Shown here: in pieces, positions 9,994 to 19,855 of the stretch | Numbering within the stretch: the first letter of the stretch is position 1 | How the letters are laid out: every line of letters begins with the position of its first letter | From: an uncultured Candidatus Babeliaceae bacterium | Lineage (GTDB): Bacteria; Babelota; Babeliae; Babelales; Babelaceae | Reading direction: 5' to 3' | Length of the DNA stretch: 64,000 bases | Assembly: GCA_963704655.1 (NCBI GenBank) | Contig: OY969927.1 | Location: 960,001-1,024,000, forward strand | The notes under the pieces: generated by a model | Database searches by the model: none | Told to the model about the DNA's origin: nothing | What the model saw: only the letters and a program-made list of their open reading frames with translations | Position numbers and translations under genes: made by a program

Positions 9994-10515
9994 TTACAAA
10001 ATAAATTCTATTAAAGCAATAGCATCTTCAATAACTTGCGTTACTAAAGGCTCACCTTCATCAAAAGCTTGAAGAACATAATCAGGTACTTCAATTTTCT
10101 CTAAAGGCCGTCCAATGCCAATACGAATGCGATGAAATGCATCGCCAATATACGAAATAATAGACTTTAAACCGTTATGCCCACGTGCGGACCCGCCCAA
10201 CTTATGATTAACTTTACCTACAGGTAATTCAAGCTCATCATGCACCACCAGAACTTCTTCTGGCTTAATGCCCTTTTTGGTAAAATAGGCAAGCACTTGG
10301 CCAGAGTTATTCATAAACGTCTGTGGCTTAACGAGATATACTTTATTACCATCCAAAGAAATTTCGGTAATAAGCATCTTATCTTTTTCTTGCCACTTTG
10401 CATGATATTTTTCTGCAAGGGCATCTAATACGCGAAAGCCAATTGAGTGGCGATGTTTATAAAAAGATTGGCCCGGATTACCCAGGCCAATAATAAGTTT
10501 AATATTTGATTTCAT
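9994..10515 (-). CDS. pth: Peptidyl-tRNA hydrolase
   Basis: LIIGLGNPG, KPQTFMNNSG, VVHDELEL, GHNGLKSI and RIRIGIGRP. Confidence 0.98.
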   Translation of the reverse strand: MKSNIKLIIGLGNPGQSFYKHRHSIGFRVLDALAEKYHAKWQEKDKMLITEISLDGNKVYLVKPQTFMNNSGQVLAYFTKKGIKPEEVLVVHDELELPVGKVNHKLGGSARGHNGLKSIISYIGDAFHRIRIGIGRPLEKIEVPDYVLQAFDEGEPLVTQVIEDAIALIEFIL

Positions 10516-10525
10516 ACAAATAAAA

Positions 10526-11170
10526 TTAAAGTTTAGATGCTGGTTTAGCTGCAGCTTTTGGAGCTTCAGATGTCATCTTTTTTGCACGTTTTTCTGCTGC
10601 ATGTTTTGCATTAAGTTCAGCTACAACATCAGAAGTCATGTCTACCGCATTTTTTGCATACATTACAATATCTTTGTAAAGAACAAGGTCGTAACCTTTT
10701 TTGTCAGCTACAGCTTTTACAGCAGCATCAATTTTGAGTTTGAATTGATTTTGTAATTCAACAAATTGTGCTTGTGCTTTTTCTGAAAGTTGTTGATTTT
10801 TTGTTTGTAACTCTTGGAACATTGTCTGAATGTTTGCAGTTTCTTCTTTGGTAGGTTGTTTACCTTCTTTTTGTTTCGCTTCTAATTTTTTGTACTCTTC
10901 TTCAACTTTTGATTGCAATGTTTGAAGAGATTTTTGTTCTTTATCTAAGCCATCAGTAAGCGCTTTAAATGACTCTGTCCAACCTTCTGCTTTTGAGTTT
11001 GCTGGATTTTTTGGATCGATAATTTGGGCAATATCAACCGTTGCAAAGGTGCAACCGCAACTTGTTTTAGCTGCTGAAACGTCTGTTTTTACTGCAGGCG
11101 CCATAGCAAAAGCTGTACTAGAAACAAAAACTAACGCTGAAACGAGCAGTGATACACGTAATGTTTTCAT
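10526..11170 (-). CDS. skp: OmpH/Skp family periplasmic chaperone
   Basis: Signal peptide, FATVD, long coiled coil and VADKKGYDLVL...DMTSDVV C-terminus. Confidence 0.85.
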   Translation of the reverse strand: MKTLRVSLLVSALVFVSSTAFAMAPAVKTDVSAAKTSCGCTFATVDIAQIIDPKNPANSKAEGWTESFKALTDGLDKEQKSLQTLQSKVEEEYKKLEAKQKEGKQPTKEETANIQTMFQELQTKNQQLSEKAQAQFVELQNQFKLKIDAAVKAVADKKGYDLVLYKDIVMYAKNAVDMTSDVVAELNAKHAAEKRAKKMTSEAPKAAAKPASKL

Positions 11171-11259
11171 AAAATATCCTTCTATAAAAATGGAACAAAA
11201 ATGTATCATAAAGCTACTGCGGAATAGAGGAAGAGTCAATAGAGACAGAAAAAAAGTGG

Positions 11260-11375
11260 CTCGCCATCGGCAGCCTGCCAAGCCTGAAGGCGTGGATAGG
11301 CGTAAGATGGTGGAGGCGATGGGAATCGAATCCCCTTTCGCGCTAACCGCGCTACAGAGGACAGGCCCATGCCGC
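11260..11375 (-). repeat. Duplicated tmRNA 3' end interrupted in the T-loop by a 35-bp hairpin element, with a second element abutting the CCA
   Basis: 11304-11330 is identical to 11485-11511 (27 bp); homology resumes (cccatg..ccgc) after the insert at 11331-11365. Confidence 0.85.
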
Positions 11376-11488
11376 TTATACTTGTATAAGATGTTTATTT
11401 CTAAATAACAACACTGTTGTCAGATTTTAACCATTTTCTCAAATAAAAAAAATGGCCTGCCATCTGTAGCTCCGAAAGGAGCGCAAGA

Positions 11489-11876
11489 TGGTGGAGGCGA
11501 TGGGAATCGAACCCATGTCCGCAACACATCAGACTCAAAGCGCTACATGTTTAGTTATTGCTTATACCGCTATGACTCTTTCAATAACAAAAAAATGTCA
11601 TAGGGCCTGTTCAGTAATTGTTACGCCACACAACAAAAAAGTCTTGCGTAACATTCTATCTGGATTATACGTGCTTAATCAACTGATAGACACGCCAATT
11701 AAACAAGAGCTCTTAAAAAAAGTTGCTAAGGCTTACGCCATAGCAAGGTTTTGATAAGAATAGCCACTCATATTAGGAGTTGCGTTTATTGTTTGATCAA
11801 TTCTTTAACGAGCACTTAATCAACGCTCGACATGCTCTTTAAGACGTCAACACCACGTCGAAGCCAGTACGCCCCC
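11489..11876 (-). ncRNA. ssrA: tmRNA (one-piece), tag peptide (A)ATPNMSGYSYQNLAMA* encoded at 11783-11733
   Basis: 5' GGGGGCGTACTGGCTTCGAC and 3' GGGTTCGATTCCCATCGCCTCCACCA with a G3-U acceptor pair; resume context ATAAAC-GCA; tag ends in LAMA; lies downstream of smpB. Confidence 0.95.
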
Positions 11877-11924
11877 GAAAATTTCAAATTAGACACCTGT
11901 TATTATTACAGGTAATTAAGAGAG

Positions 11925-12105
11925 CAACACCACAGCCTGCCCGCTGAAGCTTGCCAAGCCGGAAGGCCTGGATAAGCGAAAGCTGGGTCGAAGCCAGTAC
12001 GCCCCCGTATATTTCAAAATTGATTCTCAGAAACCAGCCCTCTGTAGCTTGCCGAGGCTGAAGCCCCGGATAAGCGTAAGATGGGTACGCCCCCGAAAAT
12101 TTCAA
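11925..12105 (-). repeat. Two extra tmRNA 5'-end copies, each interrupted by a ~50-bp hairpin element
   Basis: caacaccac|53 bp|gtcgaagccagtacgccccc (11925-12006) and gaaaccag|~48 bp|tacgcccccgaaaatttcaa (12030-12105) match the intact 5' end at 11848-11887. Confidence 0.85.
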
Positions 12106-12113
12106 TTAATACC

Positions 12114-12142
12114 AGTTTATCACAAGGGGAAAAAATTGGCAA
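12114..12142 (-). promoter_or_regulatory. Sigma70-type promoter for the tmRNA locus
   Basis: TTGCCA-17 bp-TAAACT with an extended -10 TG, immediately after the smpB stop. Confidence 0.6.
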
Positions 12143-12601
12143 TTAGGCATCATATTTGCCCCGTAGCTCACGACGCGTTTCACGGGCAATATCACGCTCT
12201 TTAATCTCTTCTTTACGCTCATGGGCCTTTTTATGCTTACATAAGGCAAGTTCAACCTTAACCCGGCCCTTTTCATTAAAATAGAGCTTAAGGGGAACAA
12301 GGGTAATGCCCTTTTTTGCTACTTCCATCATAATGCGATTAAGCTGTTTACGCGAAACAAGCAATTTCCTACTGCGTTTAACAAGTTCTTCAAGCTTTTG
12401 ATAGGCATGTGAATAGGGTGAAATCTGACAGTTAATTAAAAAAAGCTCGTTGTTATGGATTGAGCCGAATGCCCCCACAAGCTGAGCGTGGCCAGCGCGA
12501 AGTGATTTAACCTCATCACCCTTAAGAACTATACCCGTTTCATAAGTTTCAATAATATCATAATCGTGAAATGCTTTTTTATTTTGAGCTATTATTTTCA
12601 T
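12143..12601 (-). CDS. smpB: SsrA-binding protein
   Basis: NKKAFHDY, ETGIVLKGDEVKSLR, RKLL and LVPLKLYF motifs. Confidence 0.98.
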   Translation of the reverse strand: MKIIAQNKKAFHDYDIIETYETGIVLKGDEVKSLRAGHAQLVGAFGSIHNNELFLINCQISPYSHAYQKLEELVKRSRKLLVSRKQLNRIMMEVAKKGITLVPLKLYFNEKGRVKVELALCKHKKAHERKEEIKERDIARETRRELRGKYDA

Positions 12602-13076
12602 ATTTTTTGGCAAGATGAGTATAAAGATGTTTAAACACAGGGTACAAGGGTACCGTAACTAGTATAGCAAAAATAACGCCGCCTACTATAAAATACCAAA
12701 AGCAGACCTGCTTGATACCCAGATAGGTTAGTAAGGTAGGGGCAATTTTTTGTTCGATCCAATTAAACCAGCTTGGGTTATAAGCGCATAAATCCAAGGG
12801 GATAATATAAGTAAAAAGTACATATCCAGTTAAATAGTTTGCAATAACAATAGGAATTGTGGTAAGAAATGGATTATTGACAAGATAAAGAACTGAAAAA
12901 ACAAGAGGTACAGAAAGACCAAGTGCCCAGGCAAAAAAAATTGCCAGCCAAGTCTGCAAACCCAAAAAGGGCGAAAGCCCAATAAAAATACCCAAACAGG
13001 TAGCATATGCAAGTCTTGATGGATCACGCTCAAGTAAGAAAAATTTATGCGCAAGCGTTTGAAAAAATTTTTTCAT
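12579..13076 (-). CDS. DUF2062 family membrane protein
   Basis: P.RLAYA..LGIFIGLSPFLGLQT and NNPFLT..P pattern. Confidence 0.75.
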   Translation of the reverse strand: MKKFFQTLAHKFFLLERDPSRLAYATCLGIFIGLSPFLGLQTWLAIFFAWALGLSVPLVFSVLYLVNNPFLTTIPIVIANYLTGYVLFTYIIPLDLCAYNPSWFNWIEQKIAPTLLTYLGIKQVCFWYFIVGGVIFAILVTVPLYPVFKHLYTHLAKKYENNSSK

Positions 13077-13185
13077 CTGTCCCCCTAGGTTTATCCCTAA
13101 AAATTAGGTATTCTAAAGTTCAGAGTACGAAATTTTATTCCATTTTATCTAGATCTTTAATAAAAAGTAACCCCGGAGAAATCGT

Positions 13186-13830
13186 ATGAAAAACAATAAC
13201 TTACAAAAAATATTCCTCACTCTTTTAATATTCAGCGCCTTTTATTGTCACTCAAGTGTGCCAACCCAAACCTATACCTATGTCATAAAAGCTGACTCGG
13301 ACCAACGTGATCCCGTGCATATTAAATGTACCTACAAAGGGTGTGTGATTGACCTCAGTGATGGCATCGATTTTTTACCGGAAACTGATCTGATTAACAA
13401 TTTCGCGATAATAATAACTCCTGAACACCCAAGAGTTTCAAGTGGAACCGTATCGCACCTTGAAAGAATTCCTGACGTTGACTGTCTTTGGTATGATGTT
13501 TCATGGACCAAAGAGGGCACAAAAACTGTATGGGCCATTGAACAGCGCGCAGAAGATGATATGCCATTACGCATACCGCACAACGCAATTATTATCTGTT
13601 ATCCAATAGAGTTTATAGAAAAGCTAGAAGACAAAACACCGCAAGAATCATCAACCATTATCCATTTGCCTTCTATTGTTTTAAAAAAGAATCTTACGCA
13701 AGATGAAAAAAAGAAACGAGATGATGGCCTTACTCGTTCCATTCTTGCACAAGTTGATGTCAATGCACGGCTAACACCATCTAAACTGGTTAAAAAAGGC
13801 AACAACATTAAAAATGCACGCGCAGCCTAA
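13186..13830 (+). CDS. Hypothetical secreted protein
   Basis: Signal peptide with a GGAG RBS; no recognisable domain. Confidence 0.6.
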   Translation: MKNNNLQKIFLTLLIFSAFYCHSSVPTQTYTYVIKADSDQRDPVHIKCTYKGCVIDLSDGIDFLPETDLINNFAIIITPEHPRVSSGTVSHLERIPDVDCLWYDVSWTKEGTKTVWAIEQRAEDDMPLRIPHNAIIICYPIEFIEKLEDKTPQESSTIIHLPSIVLKKNLTQDEKKKRDDGLTRSILAQVDVNARLTPSKLVKKGNNIKNARAA

Positions 13831-13834
13831 AACT

Positions 13835-14857
13835 ATGGAAAAACTTATATTAGCTATAGAAAGCTCATGTGATGAAACAGCAGCTGCAGTATACAGTAGT
13901 ACACGTGGCGTACTTTCAAATAAACTTTTTTCACAGATAGATCTGCATGCAAAATATGGCGGCGTTGTTCCAGAAATAGCTTCACGTTCACATATTGAAA
14001 AAATTAATCCTATTATTCAACAAGCATTAGACGCTGCGCAGGTAAATCTTGTTGATATCGATACCATTGCAGTTACACAACGTCCAGGACTTCCTGGATC
14101 TCTTTTGATTGGCGTATGCTTTGCAAAAGCACTTGCTGGGTCACTTAATAAAAAAATTATTGGCGTTAATCATTTAGAAGGGCACGCATTTTCAGCATGC
14201 ATAGAAAATGAAATTAAATTTCCATTTTTATGTTTAACGGCATCTGGTGGGCATACGGCGGTTTATTATATTAAAGGCTTTGGTGATTATGAAGTAATTG
14301 GCCAAACAACAGACGATGCTGCTGGCGAAGCATTTGATAAAGTTGCAAAACTTCTTGGATTACTTTATCCTGGCGGACCAGTAATTGAAAAACTCGCAAC
14401 CCAAGTAAATTTTGAAGACTTTTTCCACTACCCGCGACTTAAAGACACTACTACACTTGATTTTAGTTTTTCAGGACTTAAAACGGCTGTATTATACGAC
14501 TTAGTAAAAAGGGGCCTGTATAACCTGCAAGATAAAAAATTTCTTGCGCCGGGCGATATCGAGCTACAACAAAAAGTTTCTAGCTCTCTGCTGGTATGTA
14601 TCGGAGATATCTTTGAACGTGTTCTTGAGCGCGCTTTAAAACGCTATCCCGATGCAACAGCTATCTCATTTGTTGGCGGCGTTGCATGCAACAAATATCT
14701 TAAAAATCGCTTAACGATTATGGCGACAAAGCACAAAAAAGATTTTTATTCCCCATCACCACAATACTGCACAGATAATGCTGCCATGATCGCATATGTT
14801 GCTCAATACAAAGCAGCTCAAAATAATTATTCTGATCTATCCATGGATATTTATTAA
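13835..14857 (+). CDS. tsaD: tRNA N6-threonylcarbamoyltransferase TsaD
   Basis: ILAIESSCDETAAA, GGVVPEIASRSH, NHLEGH, DDAAGEAFDK and CTDNAAMIA. Confidence 0.98.
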   Translation: MEKLILAIESSCDETAAAVYSSTRGVLSNKLFSQIDLHAKYGGVVPEIASRSHIEKINPIIQQALDAAQVNLVDIDTIAVTQRPGLPGSLLIGVCFAKALAGSLNKKIIGVNHLEGHAFSACIENEIKFPFLCLTASGGHTAVYYIKGFGDYEVIGQTTDDAAGEAFDKVAKLLGLLYPGGPVIEKLATQVNFEDFFHYPRLKDTTTLDFSFSGLKTAVLYDLVKRGLYNLQDKKFLAPGDIELQQKVSSSLLVCIGDIFERVLERALKRYPDATAISFVGGVACNKYLKNRLTIMATKHKKDFYSPSPQYCTDNAAMIAYVAQYKAAQNNYSDLSMDIY

Positions 14858-15206
14858 TTGAGTAGATCTTGAATAGCAATTTTTTCGCGGTGCGTATTAA
14901 GCAGATCTTGAACGGTAATTTTTTCGCGCGGCACTACGTTTGCAGCTTCGATTAATAGATCAAAATTTCCGCGATCTTTTTTCTTCTAGATACAGTTTTT
15001 TTTCGAGCACTAGATTTAGGTTTTCTGCTAGGCGCAGTAGCTTTTGCTGAATAAGAAGTCTTTTTCATAATTTCTTGTACCTGCTTTGTTATCTCCTCAA
15101 CCCAGGCCTTAGTGGTATATTTACCAAACATACGCCCACTGCCAGTTTCTGCAGCAGAAACAATGCCAGTAGCGCATAACATAATTAATAAAAATATCTT
15201 TTTCAT
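14854..15206 (-). CDS. Secreted basic protein; 0-frame stop at 14952, with a -1 frame extension (14976-14854) reached via A_AAA_AAG
   Basis: Signal peptide and K/R-rich segment; the -1 frame encodes DRGNFDLLIEAANVVPREKITVQDLLNTHREKIAIQDLLN*. Confidence 0.55.
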
Positions 15207-15360
15207 GTGAAATCCTCTAATCTTGCTATTATTTTATACATATAACATAAGATAATTATAATAGAAAATAATAAAAAAGCAATTCAGAGGCATTTTTTTT
15301 AAAAAAATTGAAGAAAAAAAAGGGTAAATATTCAAATTTATACGGTAAAATCTACTTAGA

Positions 15361-15789
15361 TCATTTGCATGCTGTTTTACTTTTTTTAGATAAATTTCTC
15401 TTTTTCTTTCTATAAAGGTCTTTTTGATCAACACAATATTCTAAGTATTTCTGACCACGCATTTTTAGCAAATCATTTGTCAACGCTGTTTTCTCCAATG
15501 AATTAGTTGTTGCGTTTAGACCAATTAATCCATACCACAATTCATCAATACTTACATTAAGCTCACAAGCAAATATAGCGAATTTTGAAAGATCTGAACC
15601 AATTCTTTTTGCCACAAAAGACTTTGGGCACGCTCTTTTTAATACAGTCTCTCGATATTTTAACTGTGAGCTAAGCCTAGGAAATAAGTTCCCATCAGGT
15701 TCCGACAACTCTATAAGCGGCCTAAGAGAAAGAGGAGTTTTATGAACCTCATTCATAGCATAGAGTGAAGACATTAGAAAAAAATACAT
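15361..15789 (-). CDS. Hypothetical secreted protein with a basic C-terminus
   Basis: Signal-like start MYFFLMSSLYAM and C-terminal RKKKRNLSKKSK. Confidence 0.5.
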   Translation of the reverse strand: MYFFLMSSLYAMNEVHKTPLSLRPLIELSEPDGNLFPRLSSQLKYRETVLKRACPKSFVAKRIGSDLSKFAIFACELNVSIDELWYGLIGLNATTNSLEKTALTNDLLKMRGQKYLEYCVDQKDLYRKKKRNLSKKSKTACK

Positions 15790-15799
15790 TAAAGATACG

Positions 15800-17110
15800 T
15801 TATGCCCGTTGATCAATAGGTTGCGTAGAAGCTGCAGGTCCGCTAGTACCATTTTTCTTACTCATCGAATCCAAAAACTCTTCGTTAGTTTTGCATTTTT
15901 TAATCTTATCAATCAAAATCTCCATACCTTCAGTAGTATTCATAGTGGACAAGAATTTACGCAAGATACGAACACGGTTAAGTTCAGCTTCAGAAAGAAG
16001 TAATTCTTCACGACGCGTACCAGACAAGAGTAAATCAAATGCAGGGAATATACGCAAGTTAGCAAGTTTGCGGCTTAAATGCATTTCCATATTACCAGTA
16101 CCTTTAAACTCTTCAAAGATAACTTCGTCCATTCTAGAACCAGTTTCTACAAGTGCCGTTGCAATAATCGTTAATGAACCACCTTCTTCGGTATTACGCG
16201 CAGCACCAAAAAAGCGCTTTGGACGCTGTAATGCGTTAGCATCGATACCACCTGTTAAGATTTTACCAGAAGCTGGCGCAACCGTGTTATAAGCACGCGC
16301 AAGACGAGTTATAGAATCAAGAACGATTGCAACATCTTTTCCTGCTTCCACTAAACGCTTTGCCTTTTCAAGAACAATATCCGCAACTTGCACATGGCGC
16401 TCAGCAGGCTCATCAAACGTAGAACTAATAACTTCAACATTTCTGCCTTTAACACCGCGACGCATATCAGCAACTTCTTCAGGTCGCTCGTCGATCAATA
16501 ACACCATTAAATAAACTTCAGGATGATTAACAGCGATTGTTTGGGCAATTTCTTTAAGAAGGACAGTCTTACCCGTTTTAGGTGGCGCTACAATAAGACC
16601 ACGTTGGCCTTTTCCTACAGGAGAAAAGAGGTCCATGATGCGCGTAGAGACAAAACCAGGAGTAGATTCAAAAATAAACTTTTTTTCTGGATGTAATGGC
16701 GAAAGACGATCAAAATGTGGGCGATCGCTTAACTGAACAGGGTTTTGGCCGTTTACATGATTTACCTTTAGAAGAGCAAAATACTTTTCACCCTCTTTTG
16801 GCTTACGAATAACACCGTTAATAATATCACCGGTACGTAAATAAAAACGACGAATTTGAGATGGAGAAACATAAATATCATCCGGGCCAGAAACATAATC
16901 GTAAGCACTTGAACGCAAGAAGCCAAAACCATCTGGCAGACGCTCAAGAACACCTTCAACTTCAATTTCCTTTTCTGGATTTTGCTCAAGTTCAACGATC
17001 TTGTTAACCAATGCATCTTTGGTCATAAGTCCCGCACCAACAATGCCTAGTTTACGTGCATAAGCATGCAAATCAACAAGACTCATCTCCTTTAAAGCTT
17101 GATCTCTCAT
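15800..17110 (-). CDS. rho: Transcription termination factor Rho
   Basis: [38 protein letters not shown] and [10 protein letters not shown]. Confidence 0.99.
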   Translation of the reverse strand: MRDQALKEMSLVDLHAYARKLGIVGAGLMTKDALVNKIVELEQNPEKEIEVEGVLERLPDGFGFLRSSAYDYVSGPDDIYVSPSQIRRFYLRTGDIINGVIRKPKEGEKYFALLKVNHVNGQNPVQLSDRPHFDRLSPLHPEKKFIFESTPGFVSTRIMDLFSPVGKGQRGLIVAPPKTGKTVLLKEIAQTIAVNHPEVYLMVLLIDERPEEVADMRRGVKGRNVEVISSTFDEPAERHVQVADIVLEKAKRLVEAGKDVAIVLDSITRLARAYNTVAPASGKILTGGIDANALQRPKRFFGAARNTEEGGSLTIIATALVETGSRMDEVIFEEFKGTGNMEMHLSRKLANLRIFPAFDLLLSGTRREELLLSEAELNRVRILRKFLSTMNTTEGMEILIDKIKKCKTNEEFLDSMSKKNGTSGPAASTQPIDQRA

Positions 17111-17274
17111 GCAAAAAACTCCTTATAAAACATTATGAAACATAATTTTTGTGATTAAAGACAAAGAGAGCACTTGAAAGCGGGCTCTCTTTCTATTAGT
17201 TACCGTAAAATATTTTCTGATACAAGCTCAAGAGCTTTTAAGCGCCCATTAGCTATTTGGTGTGCTTCAGCGCA

Positions 17275-18171
17275 CTATCTTTTTCTATATAAAAACATCA
17301 TTACCGGACTTGCGATATAAATCGATGAATAGGTACCAAAAACGAAACCTATCAACAACGCAATAGATAACGTGCGTAAAACTTCGCCGCCAAAAATAGC
17401 CAGCGGAACAACCACCAATGTGGTTGCAAAACTTGTTAACAACGTTCTGCGCAATGTTTCATTTAAACTGATATTTACAATCTGATGCAAAGTATGCCCA
17501 GGCAAACGAACAATATTCTCTCTGATACGAGAGAAGATAACAATTGTATCATTGATCGAATAACCAAGCACCGCTAAAACTGCACCGATTACGTTTAACG
17601 AAATCTCAAAATCAAAGAATAAAAAGAATGCTAAAATCACTATCACGTCATGGAATAACGCAAAAACTGCGCCTGCCGCAAAGGCAAATGACCAAAAACG
17701 CAATGCAATATATAACAACATGAAAAAGAGGCCAACAGCTATAGCCTGAATAGATTTCCAGCGCATAGTTTCGCCAACACCCGCTGTAATAGCATCGGTC
17801 TGTTGAATCACTACAGTAGTATCTGGTAATTCTTGCTGTAAGACATCACGCATAGTTTCAGCAAGTCTTTCAATTGAATCACCAATTGAACGTAATGGCA
17901 CACGCACGATAACATCAGCACTATTAGTAAATGTTCTTACTACTACGCCAGATATTCCGTGATTTTCAAAAATCTCTTTTACTTTTTCACCTGAAACTGG
18001 CTTTGAGAAACTATAAAGCACCTCTAAACCACCAGTGAACTCAACACTATATACAAAAGCTTGATGGTCAGGATTCGTGGTAACTTTATACCAATAGCCG
18101 CCAATAAAACTCAAAAAAAATAGTGTCGAAAGAGTCGCATAAACCGATCGATATTTTAAAAAATCTATCAT
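17275..18171 (-). CDS. secF: Protein translocase subunit SecF
   Basis: VEFTGG, ALFHDV, GYSINDTIVIFSRIREN and GTYSSIYIASP. Confidence 0.97.
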   Translation of the reverse strand: MIDFLKYRSVYATLSTLFFLSFIGGYWYKVTTNPDHQAFVYSVEFTGGLEVLYSFSKPVSGEKVKEIFENHGISGVVVRTFTNSADVIVRVPLRSIGDSIERLAETMRDVLQQELPDTTVVIQQTDAITAGVGETMRWKSIQAIAVGLFFMLLYIALRFWSFAFAAGAVFALFHDVIVILAFFLFFDFEISLNVIGAVLAVLGYSINDTIVIFSRIRENIVRLPGHTLHQIVNISLNETLRRTLLTSFATTLVVVPLAIFGGEVLRTLSIALLIGFVFGTYSSIYIASPVMMFLYRKR

Positions 18172-18186
18172 CACACTCTCCAAGTG

Positions 18187-18435
18187 TTAAAGAACAGATA
18201 CGTATTTACGTCCTTGTTGCCCAAAATGGAATTTTACAAGGCCACCACCCATAGCAAAAATAGTATCATCGCTGCCGATACCTACGTTTTTACCTGGATG
18301 AATTCGTGTTCCACGTTGACGAACAATAATTTCGCCGCCGCTTACACGCTGACCATCAAATAATTTGACACCTAAACGTCTGCCAATACTGTCGCGTCCG
18401 TTGGAAGTTGAACCGCCTTGTTTACTTGTTGCCAC
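18187..18435 (-). CDS. rpmA: 50S ribosomal protein L27
   Basis: [17 protein letters not shown] and [11 protein letters not shown] start. Confidence 0.98.
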   Translation of the reverse strand: MATSKQGGSTSNGRDSIGRRLGVKLFDGQRVSGGEIIVRQRGTRIHPGKNVGIGSDDTIFAMGGGLVKFHFGQQGRKYVSVL

Positions 18436-18603
18436 CGCAATTCCCTTGTACTAAAAGAATGGTAATTTTTACTTTTTTTTTGAATTATTTTTGGGTGTTC
18501 ACCCAGCAGGATAACCCGCTGCTTAAGAGACTAAGCATTTTTAATTATGAATAATCCCTTTAAAATGTCAAGCCGCCCATTTTCTTGAAATTATTTACTT
18601 TTT

Positions 18604-18996
18604 CTATTTTACCAGCGTGGTACGCATAAAGCTTTTTAATAATAGATCAGCATGCTTTAAACTGTCTTCCAGACTATATCTTGCATTTCTTTTAAATTTA
18701 TCGTTGTAATATTCAAGCATAAATTCATCATGCCTTTTTTCGCATTCAGCTACAATTTCTGGAGCAAAAACAACACTCGAGGCTCCAGCAACAGCCAAAG
18801 CGCCACCAACAGGAACTCTTAAAATATTTCCTATAACACTATCGTCAAATGCTACCATAGTCCGCAAGCCACATAAGCATAGGACTATCCCAGCAACTCT
18901 AACCATATCTTCTCTATTATCGTTATTGCTACCAAGCCAACCAGCTTGCACCATCGACACAAGCGCCAATGTTGCTAAAATCAACAATTTTTTCAT
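18604..18996 (-). CDS. Hypothetical secreted/membrane protein with a hydrophobic hairpin
   Basis: Signal peptide plus two hydrophobic segments. Confidence 0.6.
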   Translation of the reverse strand: MKKLLILATLALVSMVQAGWLGSNNDNREDMVRVAGIVLCLCGLRTMVAFDDSVIGNILRVPVGGALAVAGASSVVFAPEIVAECEKRHDEFMLEYYNDKFKRNARYSLEDSLKHADLLLKSFMRTTLVK

Positions 18997-19085
18997 AAAA
19001 ATATCCCCATGTTTAATATTCTAATCTATCAATTTAATAATAATCTATTAGAGAATTAAATCAATCGAGTATTGATTATGCCAGC

Positions 19086-19805
19086 TTATTCGATCCCATG
19101 CTTCTTTTTAAAAGCCTTAATGCTCGCGGGAAAGTGCTCCTGGGCCATTTCAAGCATAGCCTGCGCATAAACGCGAATTTCGTATTGTGCGCCTGGGTGC
19201 GTACGCAAGCGGATAAAGTGCATTAGTGAGTGTAAATTTGTCGTAAAGATAAACTCAGAATAGGTGCATAAAGGCAATATTCCGCGTGCTTGTTCACGGC
19301 AGACATCAAGACTTAAAAGTTCTTCATAGACCTGAGTAATTTTACCAAGCGCTTCATTAAATTTTTGGGTATATTCTGGGTGTTCGGCCCCGCCTACAGA
19401 ACCTTGTCTGTTTTTATGGTCCTGATCGCGCCAAATAGTAGGAACATAAAATTCTAATGCAGATTTAACATAACGGTAGCTTATTTCATTATAGGAGTTC
19501 ATGCGATGACGCATCCACTGCCTAATAACAAAAATCGGCGCCTTTATTCTAAAAGAAAACTGATTATGCTCAAATGGGCTAGTATGATCATGCTCAACAA
19601 GATAGTTGATTAAATGTTCATCACGAGGAGTAATCTCATGCGCGACTTTGCCGTACGAAACACGCGCGGCATTAACCACATCAAGATCTGAGCCTGAAAC
19701 ACGAATAAGCTCTACATGGCTAATGCCGTCACCAAGCGGATCAGCTTTAGCTAAAACATAACTAGGCGTTTCATGTGCTTGAGTATCAATTTTTTGCTGT
19801 TCCAT
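19086..19805 (-). CDS. thyX: FAD-dependent thymidylate synthase
   Basis: AARVSY, HTSPFEH, RQWMRHR...NEISYRY and AQYEIR. Confidence 0.97.
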   Translation of the reverse strand: MEQQKIDTQAHETPSYVLAKADPLGDGISHVELIRVSGSDLDVVNAARVSYGKVAHEITPRDEHLINYLVEHDHTSPFEHNQFSFRIKAPIFVIRQWMRHRMNSYNEISYRYVKSALEFYVPTIWRDQDHKNRQGSVGGAEHPEYTQKFNEALGKITQVYEELLSLDVCREQARGILPLCTYSEFIFTTNLHSLMHFIRLRTHPGAQYEIRVYAQAMLEMAQEHFPASIKAFKKKHGIE

Positions 19806-19855
19806 AATATCCTTACATAATTAAAACTTTTGTTATGTAAGCATACAAAAATATC

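Noticed and set aside
11488-11754. 88-aa plus-strand ORF (MVEAMGIEPMS...) and the ORFs 11049-11408 and 11884-12105
   Set aside because: Shadow ORFs over the tmRNA, its duplicated ends and skp.
11260-12105. Permuted two-piece tmRNA, or a prophage/island att site
   Set aside because: A complete one-piece tmRNA is present in normal order, and no integrase or cargo lies between the 3'-end duplicates.
11848-12105. CRISPR-like array of ~20-bp repeats
   Set aside because: The repeats are tmRNA 5'-end copies with uneven ~90-130 bp periods and related rather than unique spacers; no cas genes.
18187-18600. rpmA without upstream rplU; possible leader RNA
   Set aside because: Gene-order change only; no convincing conserved structure could be supported by eye.
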